64,000 nucleotides of DNA from Bacteroidota bacterium. GTDB taxonomy: Bacteria; Bacteroidota; Bacteroidia; B-17B0; Aurantibacillaceae. Position 1 is the stretch's first letter; each line of letters starts with the position of its first letter. The stretch spans positions 255,137-319,136 of the forward strand of contig JAJNDK010000004.1 of assembly GCA_021156365.1 (NCBI GenBank). Reading direction: 5' to 3'. The translations under genes were made by a program, and so were the position numbers. Shown in pieces: positions 1 to 9,779 of this stretch. The notes below the pieces were generated by a model that saw only the letters and a program-made list of their open reading frames with translations, had not been told where the DNA came from and made no database searches.

Positions 1-12
1 ATTTCGCAGGTA

Positions 13-852
13 TTAATTTTTTACATTAGCCGTGAACCTGCTTTGTTTCTTCTCAAGCGGATTAGCCGGAGCTGCTTTTACAAACACCGTGATCATATCC
101 GAATTCTTACAACCGTTTACATCCGTGCCCGTCACGATATATGTTTCTGTTGTGGAAGGAACGAATGCTTTTGCATTCTCCACATTTCCCGACCAGGTAT
201 AAACATCCGCACCGCTTCCCGAAAGTAATACGGAAGCGCCGCTTTCCACCACATTTTCAGTTGTATGCGCAACAACATCCGGGAGCTTATGCACATGGAC
301 CCGGATCACATCCGTATCCCTGCATCCCTTTGCATTTGTTCCCGTTACGGTATAGGTGGCAGTAGCTGTTGGATTAAAAGAAGTGGCATTCACTACACCC
401 CCGGTCCATTTATAGGAAACAGCGCCGCTTCCCCAAAGACTGAAGGATGAAGCGTTGCAGACCGAAGGTGCAGTGCCGTGGGCAATAACAAAGGGCAGCT
501 CATTTACGGTCACAACCGTTTCGCCGGACAAAACAGTTGGATCATATGGAGTATTCCTGACAGCTAATACATAATAATACGTGCCTGCATCAAGCGGCTG
601 AGAAGTATAGGAAACGCTGTTTGCCCCCTTGCCTCCTGTTACATCCAGGTAAGGTCCACCGGAAACACGGGCTACTTTCCATTGGAACAATGCACCGGGA
701 TGGAAGGACCCGGAGGCGGAGACAGAAAGCGGCTGCCCGGCACAAATGGTTTGGGTGGAGGGTACAAATATCACCTGTGCCGGGAGATCCGCTGTCATAA
801 AGAATAAAAAAAGAGCGGAGATCTTTTTCAATAAGCTGTAAGGGAGTTTCAT
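13..852 (-). CDS. secreted Ig-like/PKD-like repeat protein
   Basis: N-terminal signal peptide (MKLPYSLLKKISALFLFFMTA) followed by repeated Thr/Gly/Val-rich beta-sandwich-like segments; complete 279-aa ORF. Confidence 0.5.
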   Translation of the reverse strand: MKLPYSLLKKISALFLFFMTADLPAQVIFVPSTQTICAGQPLSVSASGSFHPGALFQWKVARVSGGPYLDVTGGKGANSVSYTSQPLDAGTYYYVLAVRNTPYDPTVLSGETVVTVNELPFVIAHGTAPSVCNASSFSLWGSGAVSYKWTGGVVNATSFNPTATATYTVTGTNAKGCRDTDVIRVHVHKLPDVVAHTTENVVESGASVLLSGSGADVYTWSGNVENAKAFVPSTTETYIVTGTDVNGCKNSDMITVFVKAAPANPLEKKQSRFTANVKN

Positions 853-1459
853 ATGTTTAAAAATGAAAAGGGTTAATACTGATCTGATGTTTCTGTATCA
901 AAAATAGTCCGGCAACAGGAGCAATAGAACCTGGTTTTCGCTTGTCCACTACATATGTAAGAAAACAAAGGATTATGTTCTTTCCGGAGAGTGTTTACAT
1001 TATTCTACACATCACACACATCTGCGGTGTAAAATCCCGATTTCCGCGGGAAAAATGCAGGCATAAAGTTTACACTACTGTTGCATCTGATCTTCTTTAG
1101 GTTTGTTCATCGGAGGGTTTATCCCTTCAACGAACGTATAATCTACAGATCATCAACGAAACGAAAAGGCCTTCCGTCAAAAGAAGGCCTTTAGTTTTTT
1201 ATGGCCATTTGATGCCGCATAAATACCAGACACAGATTCCGCAGATTGCACGGATTTATTTGCCGACGAACAATCAATAGAAATTACACAAAAGTATCTG
1301 TGCCATCGGCGATCCCGTCGCGAAGCCTCGCGAGCTATCGGGACCGTGTCTGGCCAGCTAAAGCGGAGTTCTTTTAAAAAAGAAACCCGCAGGAAATATC
1401 CCGCGGGTTTGTTGTTGGGTACGGGACGCCACCTGTTAGTAGGCTCCATCCCTCACCAA

Positions 1460-1615
1460 TTATTTTTTCGGTTTTTTCGCTCCGCTGTCTTTTTGGTTTT
1501 CAGGACTTTTTTCTTTCGTATGCCTGCTGTCCATATCATCGCGGATCTCCGGGCGTGGCTTTTTCGACATGCCTTGTTTGCTCTGTTTGTTGGTGGTGCT
1601 TCTTGACGTTTTCAT
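1460..1615 (-). CDS. small basic hypothetical protein (51 aa, MKTSRSTTNKQSKQG...KKPKK)
   Basis: short Lys-rich ORF not in the >=60 aa track; a hairpin plus T-run terminator follows on the minus strand at ~1368-1400. Confidence 0.2.
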   Translation of the reverse strand: MKTSRSTTNKQSKQGMSKKPRPEIRDDMDSRHTKEKSPENQKDSGAKKPKK

Positions 1616-1679
1616 AAAATAAGTTTTAAACTGTTATACTGAACACGGGAATCCGATGCCAGTAACAGCGAGGCAAGGA

Positions 1680-2042
1680 TCAAACCTTCTCCAGGATCTT
1701 TTTCCGGTGATCTACGCCCCACTTGTGCATAGCTTCCAGCACCGTGTTTGCCGATTTCCCGTAAGGAGTGATCGTATACTCCACGGTAGGCGGAACGGTA
1801 TCGTACACCGCCCTGACCACCACCTTGTTCATCTCGAGGTCGCGCAGTTCTTTCGAAAGCATCCGGGGCGTGATCTTCGGGATCATCCGCTCCAGCTCAT
1901 TGAAGCGCCGGCTGCCATGCATCAGCGCCCCTAAGATCGGAAGCTTCCACTTGCCGTTAAAAAAATCAATGGTATCACGAATGGCCCTTGTGAACTCTTC
2001 GGGATTGTCGGGGCAGGCTGCTATTGCTTTGTTTGGTTTCAT
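1680..2042 (-). CDS. HxlR-family winged-helix transcriptional regulator
   Basis: HxlR signature region (FNGKWKLPILGALMHGSRRFNELERMIP...MLSKELRDLE); divergent from the DoxX gene. Confidence 0.8.
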   Translation of the reverse strand: MKPNKAIAACPDNPEEFTRAIRDTIDFFNGKWKLPILGALMHGSRRFNELERMIPKITPRMLSKELRDLEMNKVVVRAVYDTVPPTVEYTITPYGKSANTVLEAMHKWGVDHRKKILEKV

Positions 2043-2146
2043 GGATGATTCTTTTAACTATACCGGAGTATAGTACTATCCTTTGGTATAGTACTTACTT
2101 TAGTATAGCAAAGCTACTTACTTTTGCTCCCACAAAAAAATAAAAC

Positions 2147-2524
2147 ATGAAAAAAGATAAAATTATTTACTGGATAGCGACTAGTATTGTCGGATTGATG
2201 GGAGCGATGGCAGGCATTATGTATTTTGCCAACCCAATGGTAGCGGAAGGATTTAAACTATTAGGATTTCCTGACTATTTCCGGGTAGAGTTAGGTATTG
2301 CAAAGCTGATCGGCGTGCTGGTGCTGCTGATCCCTGCGATCGCTTTGCGTTTTAAGGAATGGGCTTATGCCGGCTTTGGTATTGTATTCATTTCGGCAGC
2401 CATTGCACATGGTGTAGTGGAAGGACCTGCAAATGCAGTGAGTCCCCTGGTGTCGCTTTTGTTCCTGGTGGTTTCTTATGTTTATTTCACGAAAGTGAAT
2501 AAGTATAAGGAAGTAAGGGTTTAA
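2147..2524 (+). CDS. DoxX-family membrane protein
   Basis: 125 aa with 3-4 transmembrane segments and DoxX-like composition; classic HxlR-DoxX divergent pair. Confidence 0.75.
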   Translation: MKKDKIIYWIATSIVGLMGAMAGIMYFANPMVAEGFKLLGFPDYFRVELGIAKLIGVLVLLIPAIALRFKEWAYAGFGIVFISAAIAHGVVEGPANAVSPLVSLLFLVVSYVYFTKVNKYKEVRV

Positions 2525-2739
2525 TGCGCAGAAACAAAAGTATCCTCCTGGATAGCTGACCAGACACAGATTTCACAGATTCCGCAGAGAATTAGTTGTG
2601 AATTAAATTGGCGGATAACTGCTTGCCAGCATGGTAAGTACTATATCTTATCTGCGCTAATTTCTAACCACAATTATGATCTGTACGAAATTAAATCCGT
2701 GCAATCTGCGTAATCTGTGTCTGCATTTTAAACTGATAG

Positions 2740-3342
2740 TTACCGCAATAAATGAACACACTTGTACTTCCTTAATATACGCTTGAATTGTTTCATCCCA
2801 CCGGAAGTCATAAACCATTGCTCACTGAGCATAGCTTCCGTGTATTTGTTCAGGATGTCTGCTATACATGATTCCCGCAGGAGCCGGAGCTCGAATTTGA
2901 GCTCATAGGGAATATTCAGAAAACCAAGCGGCGAATGCAAAAAACGGTATTGCGCGGATTCGTAGCGGATCACACCATGTTCTTCTAACAGGCGCTCCGT
3001 AAGCCATTTCCGGAACAGGTGCTGATTCCGGTGCAGGCGCGAAACACTCAGCTGCATGATGAACTCAATGGTAGGCAGTGAAAGTTTTAGCTCCGTATGG
3101 GACACATCATGTGTGCCATGCTGCAGGTAATTCTGAAGAATGAGGATTTCGGACGGGCTCAGAAAGGAAGCGCCGCTGCCGGTCCATTCTCTCCAGTGCG
3201 GTGCATAGGGTTCGATAACAGCAATGAGCTCTTTTACTTTTTTGATCGCATCGGGCGGGTGGTGAAATTCCATGAGGTATTGGCTTATGAAAAATAGTGC
3301 ATCGCACAACACAAAAATACAAAAAACATCTAATAATGACAA
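2740..3342 (-). CDS. hypothetical protein
   Basis: 200-aa ORF with coding-like composition and no recognisable motif. Confidence 0.35.
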   Translation of the reverse strand: MSLLDVFCIFVLCDALFFISQYLMEFHHPPDAIKKVKELIAVIEPYAPHWREWTGSGASFLSPSEILILQNYLQHGTHDVSHTELKLSLPTIEFIMQLSVSRLHRNQHLFRKWLTERLLEEHGVIRYESAQYRFLHSPLGFLNIPYELKFELRLLRESCIADILNKYTEAMLSEQWFMTSGGMKQFKRILRKYKCVHLLR

Positions 3343-3356
3343 ATAAATAGCATTTA

Positions 3357-3764
3357 TTGATTATTAATTTAGGTTTGTGCTGTGGAAATTTGGGTGTGAG
3401 CAAAAAAGTAGGAGATAGGATCCGGAAATACCGCCAACTGGCAGGTCTGAACCAGGAATACGTAGCGGAGGAGATCGGGATGAGCGGGGGCAACTTTGGT
3501 AAGATCGAACGAGGGGAGATCGATATCAATACAGATTACCTGTACAAATTATCCAAATTATTTAAAATACCTGTGAGCGAGTTTTTCGAAGAGAAACCTG
3601 TGAGCATTGTACATGATAAAAATGTCCCTTATGGGTATGCAACCAAAGCTGACCTGGAAACGCTTACAGATATTGTAAAAAAACTGGCTACTGAAGTAGA
3701 GAAACTGCGGGAAGCTATTCCGAAAAGAAAAACAACAAAGACTGCAGGCAGAAAGAAAAATTGA
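3357..3764 (+). CDS. XRE-family helix-turn-helix regulator (start uncertain, possibly GTG near 3396)
   Basis: HTH_XRE motif (YRQLAGLNQEYVAEEIGMSGGNFGKIERGEIDINTDYLYKLSKLF). Confidence 0.6.
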   Translation: MIINLGLCCGNLGVSKKVGDRIRKYRQLAGLNQEYVAEEIGMSGGNFGKIERGEIDINTDYLYKLSKLFKIPVSEFFEEKPVSIVHDKNVPYGYATKADLETLTDIVKKLATEVEKLREAIPKRKTTKTAGRKKN

Positions 3765-3791
3765 TGCGTTCCTGTATCAGATAACAATAAA

Positions 3792-5702
3792 ATGAAAAAG
3801 ACATTGTTTTTTTTAGGGATCCTTTTTTCGGGAATTCTCTGTTCCCAGGATAAAGTGATCGATAGCCTGCAGGCATTGCTGAAGGTTGCTCCGAAAGATA
3901 CTTCGAAAGTAAATTTACTGAACCAGCTTAGCAACCGATACACAGATGCGACAAATTACGATCAGGCAGTGAGCTCCGCGCAACAAGCTCTTGATCTTTC
4001 CTCCAAACTACCTTTCCGCCCGGGAATGGCTCGTTCGAATGTTATGCTTGGCAGGGCATTCTGGAAGAAGGGAAATATAGATGCGGGGCTTCCTTATTAT
4101 TTTAAAGCTGAGAAGCTGTATGCAGATATGGCCGATAAACCCGGCCTGGCAAAAACGGATGCCGCGATCGGGCTTATATATGCGTATCACGACAGGTTCC
4201 CGCAATCCCTGCAATACCTGTATAAAGCATTACGCATGTATGAAGTACTCGGGGATTCGGAAGGTATTGCAAAGATCCACCTGAACCTGGGCTTTAGCTA
4301 TCTCGGCCAGCAGAATGGCCCAAAAGCTAAAAAATATTTACTTCTTGCAAGTAAAGAATTAAAAAAAGCGGGCAACATTGGCGGGCAGGCCACCGCACTC
4401 ATAAACCTGGGTAATCTGTACCTGGGAAGGGTTCCTAAAAGTTTGCCTGATAGTGCCATGTTTATGTATCAGCAGGGACTTAAACTGGCTTCAGCCATCG
4501 GGGATATCAAGAACCAGGGGATAGCGCTGGTGAATATGGGGATCATCTATCGGGATTGGGGTGATACAACAAAAGCCCTTGAAACTTTTTTTAAATCGAT
4601 GGAGATCCATAAGAAGCTGAATGATAAAGGAGGAGTGGCAGCGGTCCTGATGGATATTGGTATTATATACAAGCTTCAGTACAAAAACAAAAAAGCCATT
4701 GTTTATTTTGAGGATGCGGCGGCTCTTGCAAAAGAAGTGAATTCCTGGGAATATACCTTTTATTCCCAAAATCACCTGAGTGAATTGTATGCACGCCAGC
4801 ACGACTATAAAAAGGCATTTGCTGCACATGTACTGAGATCCAATGCATATGACAGCCTCTTCAATGAAAAGAACACCAAAAAGATCGTGCAGGCCGAAAT
4901 GGATTTTAATTTCGAAAAAAAAGAGCTTGCCTTTAAGGCAGAGGCTGAAAAGCGGGAGGCTGTATATAAAGAAGAGAACAGGCGACAGAAGACTATTATC
5001 ATTGCTGCGATTGCTGTTTTGGGATTGATGATCTGTATTACGTTCCTGATCATCCGCCAGATAAAATTCAGGAACGAACAGCGCGAAATCCAATTAGAGC
5101 ATCAGCTGTTGCGTACACAAATGAACCCGCATTTTATATTCAATTCATTGCAGGCCATCCAAAATTACATATTAACGAACAAGACCATGGATGCCGCAAA
5201 ATATCTGAGCTCCTTTGCGAGGATCACCCGCTCAGTACTGGAGGGCTCCAGGATGGAACTGATCTCCGTGGAAAAAGAAGTGGAGCTGCTGAACAATTAC
5301 CTGCAATTGCAGAAGCTGCGTTTCGGTGATCGTTTCGATTACAGGATCGATGTGCAACCCGGGCTGGATACGAATATGCTCATACCACCCATGCTTTCAC
5401 AGCCTTTTATCGAGAATGCACTGGAACATGGCATGCGGGATATTGAGAGCGGCGGACTTATTCTTGTGAATATGGCTGTTAAAGAAGATCGTTTGGTGCT
5501 TGAAATAAAAGACAACGGGCAAGGACTTTCACAAACCCCGGAACCGAAAAGGATCCACCAATCATTAGCAACAGCGATTACCCGGGAGCGCATTAAACTG
5601 ATGAACCGTAAACAATCTGCAAAGATCATTTTCACGATCGAAGATGCCTACCCGGACCAGGTACACAAAGGAGTGAAAGTGAGCTTTTCTATCCCTATAT
5701 GA
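3792..5702 (+). CDS. TPR-repeat sensor histidine kinase, LytS/YehU type
   Basis: signal peptide, multiple TPR-like repeats, one transmembrane helix, His-kinase LytS motif (NPHFIFNSLQAIQNYIL), HATPase_c (IENALEHG...DNGQG). Confidence 0.8.
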   Translation: MKKTLFFLGILFSGILCSQDKVIDSLQALLKVAPKDTSKVNLLNQLSNRYTDATNYDQAVSSAQQALDLSSKLPFRPGMARSNVMLGRAFWKKGNIDAGLPYYFKAEKLYADMADKPGLAKTDAAIGLIYAYHDRFPQSLQYLYKALRMYEVLGDSEGIAKIHLNLGFSYLGQQNGPKAKKYLLLASKELKKAGNIGGQATALINLGNLYLGRVPKSLPDSAMFMYQQGLKLASAIGDIKNQGIALVNMGIIYRDWGDTTKALETFFKSMEIHKKLNDKGGVAAVLMDIGIIYKLQYKNKKAIVYFEDAAALAKEVNSWEYTFYSQNHLSELYARQHDYKKAFAAHVLRSNAYDSLFNEKNTKKIVQAEMDFNFEKKELAFKAEAEKREAVYKEENRRQKTIIIAAIAVLGLMICITFLIIRQIKFRNEQREIQLEHQLLRTQMNPHFIFNSLQAIQNYILTNKTMDAAKYLSSFARITRSVLEGSRMELISVEKEVELLNNYLQLQKLRFGDRFDYRIDVQPGLDTNMLIPPMLSQPFIENALEHGMRDIESGGLILVNMAVKEDRLVLEIKDNGQGLSQTPEPKRIHQSLATAITRERIKLMNRKQSAKIIFTIEDAYPDQVHKGVKVSFSIPI

Positions 5703-5946
5703 GCTGAAAACGAAGCGATATCAACACTTTATTAACCGTTTAGTTTTTCTAAGTACCTAAAAAACAGTGTTTTCAAAAACAAACCAGGTTTGTTCCAAAT
5801 ATATGACGTATATTTGGACTCTTCATTAGAAGATTGTATCACAATCTGTTTGTAGTGCCTCCCAATACAATTCGGTAAATTTTACACTCTTCTTGATGAA
5901 GGGCAGCACATGTTGTGCAAGGCCAAATAGTATATAAAAACAGTTA

Positions 5947-7218
5947 ATGACATTTAAGGATTTAAAATTAATACAGCCACTTTTAACGGCGTTGGATAAA
6001 ATAGGTTACACAGAGCCCACTCCCATTCAAAAGCAATCGATCCCACCTTTATTAGAAGGGAGAGATATTTTCGGTTGCGCACAAACAGGTACCGGTAAAA
6101 CGGCCGCTTTTGCGCTTCCTATCTTACAATTGCTCGATTCGAAAAAAGGCCAGCAACCCGGACGCAGGACCATCAAAACATTGGTACTGGCACCAACACG
6201 TGAGCTTGCTTTGCAGATAGCAGAGAATTTCAAGGAATACAGCCTTCACCTCGATATTAGTTTTACTACTATTTTCGGTGGTGTATCGCAGGTAAACCAG
6301 GTAAAAGACCTTCAGCGGGGTGTGGATATCCTCATCGCTACACCAGGGCGTTTGCTCGACCTGATGCAGCAGGGCTACATCAAACTGAACGATATAAAGA
6401 TCTTTGTATTGGACGAAGCGGATCGTATGCTGGATATGGGTTTTATCCACGATATCAAAAAGGTGATCGCCAAGCTTCCTGCACAGCGCCAAACGATGTT
6501 CTTCTCTGCCACGGCAGCTCCGGACATTATGAAGCTGGCAAATACCCTTCTGAAAGATCCGGTTCGCGTAGCAGTTACGCCCGTATCTACAACAGCTGAG
6601 CTGGTAGGACAAAAAGTATATTACGTTTCCAAGAACAATAAAAAACACCTGTTGAAACAAGTGTTGGAGACTGAAAAGATCGACCACGTACTGGTATTTA
6701 CACGTACCAAGCACGGTGCTGATAAGGTAGCGAAAGACCTGAGCAAAGCCGGGATCAAAGCAGAAGCTATTCACGGGAACAAATCACAGGGCGCAAGAGA
6801 GCGTGCACTGAAAGGATTCAAGGATCGCACGATACATGTGCTGGTAGCTACGGATATTGCTTCGCGCGGTATCGATGTAGACAAATTATCACACGTGATC
6901 AATTTTGAGATCCCGGAAGTAGCCGAAACTTATGTTCACCGCATTGGTCGTACAGGAAGAGCCGGTAGCACAGGGATTGCCATTTCCTTTTGCATGGAAG
7001 AAGAGCTTCCATACTGGAAAGGTATTCTGAAGCTGACGCAACAGGATATCGAAGTAGTAAAAGATCATGCATATGCGGAAAATATTTCTGCAGACCGGCC
7101 GATGGCAAGCGCCCCTAAAAACGGGGAAGCAAAAAAATCGCAGGGAAAAAGTAACAACGGCTGGAGGGGCGGCAGAAAGTCCTTCCACAAACCAAAAAGT
7201 TTTCAAAGTAAAGCCTGA
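5947..7218 (+). CDS. rhlE: DEAD-box ATP-dependent RNA helicase (RhlE-like)
   Basis: Q motif, Walker A AQTGTGKT, DEAD box VLDEADRMLDMGF, SAT, HRIGRTGRAG; basic C-terminal tail. Confidence 0.9.
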   Translation: MTFKDLKLIQPLLTALDKIGYTEPTPIQKQSIPPLLEGRDIFGCAQTGTGKTAAFALPILQLLDSKKGQQPGRRTIKTLVLAPTRELALQIAENFKEYSLHLDISFTTIFGGVSQVNQVKDLQRGVDILIATPGRLLDLMQQGYIKLNDIKIFVLDEADRMLDMGFIHDIKKVIAKLPAQRQTMFFSATAAPDIMKLANTLLKDPVRVAVTPVSTTAELVGQKVYYVSKNNKKHLLKQVLETEKIDHVLVFTRTKHGADKVAKDLSKAGIKAEAIHGNKSQGARERALKGFKDRTIHVLVATDIASRGIDVDKLSHVINFEIPEVAETYVHRIGRTGRAGSTGIAISFCMEEELPYWKGILKLTQQDIEVVKDHAYAENISADRPMASAPKNGEAKKSQGKSNNGWRGGRKSFHKPKSFQSKA

Positions 7219-7296
7219 GAAACAGGGCTGAAACCAGAAATAGAGTGAGAGTAATAATAACCGTTCGCCTATAAGCGGACACAAAACAACAACAAA

Positions 7297-7488
7297 ATGA
7301 AAAAAGGAACAGTAAAATTCTTCAACGAAACCAAAGGCTTTGGATTTATTAAAGAAGACGGCGGAGAAGAAGTATTTGTACACGTATCGGGATTGAAAGA
7401 TGAGATCCGCGAAAACGATGTAGTAGTATTCGAATTACAACAAGGTAAAAAAGGCCTTAATGCTGTGAACGTAAGTTTAGCAGAATAA
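7297..7488 (+). CDS. cspA: cold-shock protein (CspA family)
   Basis: GTVKFFNETKGFGFI RNP1 motif; 63 aa; terminator hairpin at ~7500-7540. Confidence 0.9.
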   Translation: MKKGTVKFFNETKGFGFIKEDGGEEVFVHVSGLKDEIRENDVVVFELQQGKKGLNAVNVSLAE

Positions 7489-7672
7489 TCTGAAAAACAA
7501 TGAAGAGCAAGCCCACACCGGCTTGCTCTTTGTTTTTTTAAACAACCGGTGTAGGGGATCTATGGATCGATCGTACATCTCCGCAAATTTCGAAAAGTAC
7601 CCGAATCAAAACGATTCCCGCGGAAACCAGGAATGTGTCACGCGTGAATGAGTTTAAGCTAAAATCATCACC

Positions 7673-8788
7673 ATGAGCAATCCATCCATTCGTTTCATTG
7701 AGAAAGACAAAAACAGGGCACAGTTTTTTGCCATACTACGTCAACGGGTCGATAATCATTTCAAAGAAAACAAGATCTCCAAGCACGGCAACAGGAAAAT
7801 GGTGGTAAAAACCATTGTGATGCTGGGCGCATATATTATCCCTTTTTGCATATTACTGATCTTCCAGCCCGGAACCTTTGTTGGCTACGGCCTCTGGCTC
7901 CTGATGGGAATTGCATTATCGGGTGTGGGCATGAGCGTGATGCACGATGCCAACCACGGGGCTTACTCCTCGAACGGAAAAGTAAATTTCTGGGCAGGAC
8001 ATACATTGAATCTAACAGGCGGTTCCGTTTTCAACTGGAAACTGCAGCACAATATGTTACATCACACGTATACCAACGTAGTGCATGTGGACGATGATAT
8101 CGACGATAAACTGGTTATGCGTTTTTCTCCGCACACCGATGTAAAATGGTATCACCGCTTCCAGTTCATCTACGCGTTTTTCTTTTACGGGATCCTCACA
8201 CTTTATTGGGCGGTATTAAAAGATTTTATACAATTCGGTAACTACACTAAAGAAGGTGTGAATAAAGAAAGTAAAGAAAAGAACAGGATCACGCTCGCTA
8301 AGATCATCGCGATCAAGATCGTTTATTTTTCCGTGTTCATGTTCATTCCGATCTTTGTATTAGGCATTCCGGCCGGCCCTCATATCCTTGGTTACCTGCT
8401 CATGCAGTTCGTTTCGGGTATTATCCTTACAGTGATCTTTCAATTGGCACACACCGTGGAAGAAACCAGCCATCCTATCCCGGATGCGGATGGGACTATC
8501 GAGAACAACTGGGCCATTCACCAGCTCAACACGACAGTTAATTTTTCGAGAAAAAACAAATGGATCTCCTGGTATGTAGGCGGATTGAATTTCCAGGTGG
8601 AGCATCATTTGTTCCCTACGATCTGTCATGTGCATTATCCGCATATTGCACCTATCGTAAAAGCAACGGCAGAAGAATTCGGTGTTCCGTATCTTGAAAA
8701 CGAAACCTTCGGACTGGCACTTCGCTCACACATACGTACACTGAAACGTTTCGGAAGTCTGCCTTCTCTTAACGAAGCGATCGCGTAG
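7673..8788 (+). CDS. membrane fatty acid desaturase
   Basis: three His boxes (HDANHG, HNMLHHTYTN, QVEHHLFP) and multiple transmembrane segments. Confidence 0.85.
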   Translation: MSNPSIRFIEKDKNRAQFFAILRQRVDNHFKENKISKHGNRKMVVKTIVMLGAYIIPFCILLIFQPGTFVGYGLWLLMGIALSGVGMSVMHDANHGAYSSNGKVNFWAGHTLNLTGGSVFNWKLQHNMLHHTYTNVVHVDDDIDDKLVMRFSPHTDVKWYHRFQFIYAFFFYGILTLYWAVLKDFIQFGNYTKEGVNKESKEKNRITLAKIIAIKIVYFSVFMFIPIFVLGIPAGPHILGYLLMQFVSGIILTVIFQLAHTVEETSHPIPDADGTIENNWAIHQLNTTVNFSRKNKWISWYVGGLNFQVEHHLFPTICHVHYPHIAPIVKATAEEFGVPYLENETFGLALRSHIRTLKRFGSLPSLNEAIA

Positions 8789-8803
8789 CTTTCTTTTTAC
8801 AAG

Positions 8804-9760
8804 TCAATAGAACAAACTGGCATCCGAATACAGATTGAGGAACAGTCTTGGCTTTCGTATCTTTTGATTCTCACCATATAAATAAGGCTGATCATTTGAA
8901 TCGAGCATAGGAATATGACAGTTCTTTGCCTTGTTCCATTTTTTCGGAATGAACCGCAGATCGTGTATGAATTTATTCTGAACCGCATTACGCACCTGCT
9001 CTGCATCGATGCCGGCATTGAGCTGGAGATTCTGACAATACCCGATGTTGTATTTGATCTGCGCACTCAGCAAACCGTGTGAAGTATTGGCATATACGCC
9101 TCCGGTAGTATCCATATAACATTCGTAATGAAACTCCGGGCGCCTGATCTCCCGTCGCTGTCCCATGCTGCCCGTCCACATACTGCAGCTGACAGCCGCC
9201 TGTAGTATATCTTTATATTGATATTGGAGCAGGCAGGCAGCTGTCCGGAAGCGGTCAAGCAGCGGCCGTGCAAAAATATCGTTTTCGGTGATAAGGCTGA
9301 AATCACCGGCCTGAAAAGCGATCACACCTGTTTGCTGTGTGGTTCTTTGTTTATTGAACCAGGCATTGTAGGAATAAGCGACGCAGTTCCTATAACCCGT
9401 TTGATTGGATACGGATGATAAGAAGGGATTAAAAAGATCCTGCTGTTTACCAAAACCAAACGTGAGGCCCTGCGCTAAAAGCAATTCCGGGTAGCTGCGT
9501 TTCGGCCCTAAACTTTTTAAATTATAGTAAGCACGCAGTTCGGAATTGAGCTGAAAAAAATCGCGGGTATAATAGAAATGAAGATTTATTCCGAATCGCT
9601 GGAAGTGTGTACCCACAGCAAAGTTAACCCCGACGTTAAAGCCCATTCCTGAATTGTGTACAAGCAGTTCCTGTGCAGAGACCGGATAGGAAAGAAAAAG
9701 AAAGACCGGAATGATCTTAACCAGCATTTTTCTCAGGGAAGTCACTTGTCTTTTCTTCAT
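8804..9760 (-). CDS. hypothetical secreted protein (start taken at MKKRQV)
   Basis: signal peptide then beta-rich sequence; the ORF upstream extension would overlap hrpB, so the internal Met is taken as the start. Confidence 0.4.
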   Translation of the reverse strand: MKKRQVTSLRKMLVKIIPVFLFLSYPVSAQELLVHNSGMGFNVGVNFAVGTHFQRFGINLHFYYTRDFFQLNSELRAYYNLKSLGPKRSYPELLLAQGLTFGFGKQQDLFNPFLSSVSNQTGYRNCVAYSYNAWFNKQRTTQQTGVIAFQAGDFSLITENDIFARPLLDRFRTAACLLQYQYKDILQAAVSCSMWTGSMGQRREIRRPEFHYECYMDTTGGVYANTSHGLLSAQIKYNIGYCQNLQLNAGIDAEQVRNAVQNKFIHDLRFIPKKWNKAKNCHIPMLDSNDQPYLYGENQKIRKPRLFLNLYSDASLFY

Positions 9761-9779
9761 TGTATCATCGAAAGGCGAT

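Noticed and set aside
1656-1934. Plus-strand 92-aa ORF
   Set aside because: It is antisense to the well-supported HxlR regulator gene.
6124-6774. 216-aa minus-strand ORF inside rhlE, and similar antisense ORFs inside hrpB, the RT, the HEAT gene and the A2M gene
   Set aside because: They are shadow ORFs antisense to strongly supported long genes.
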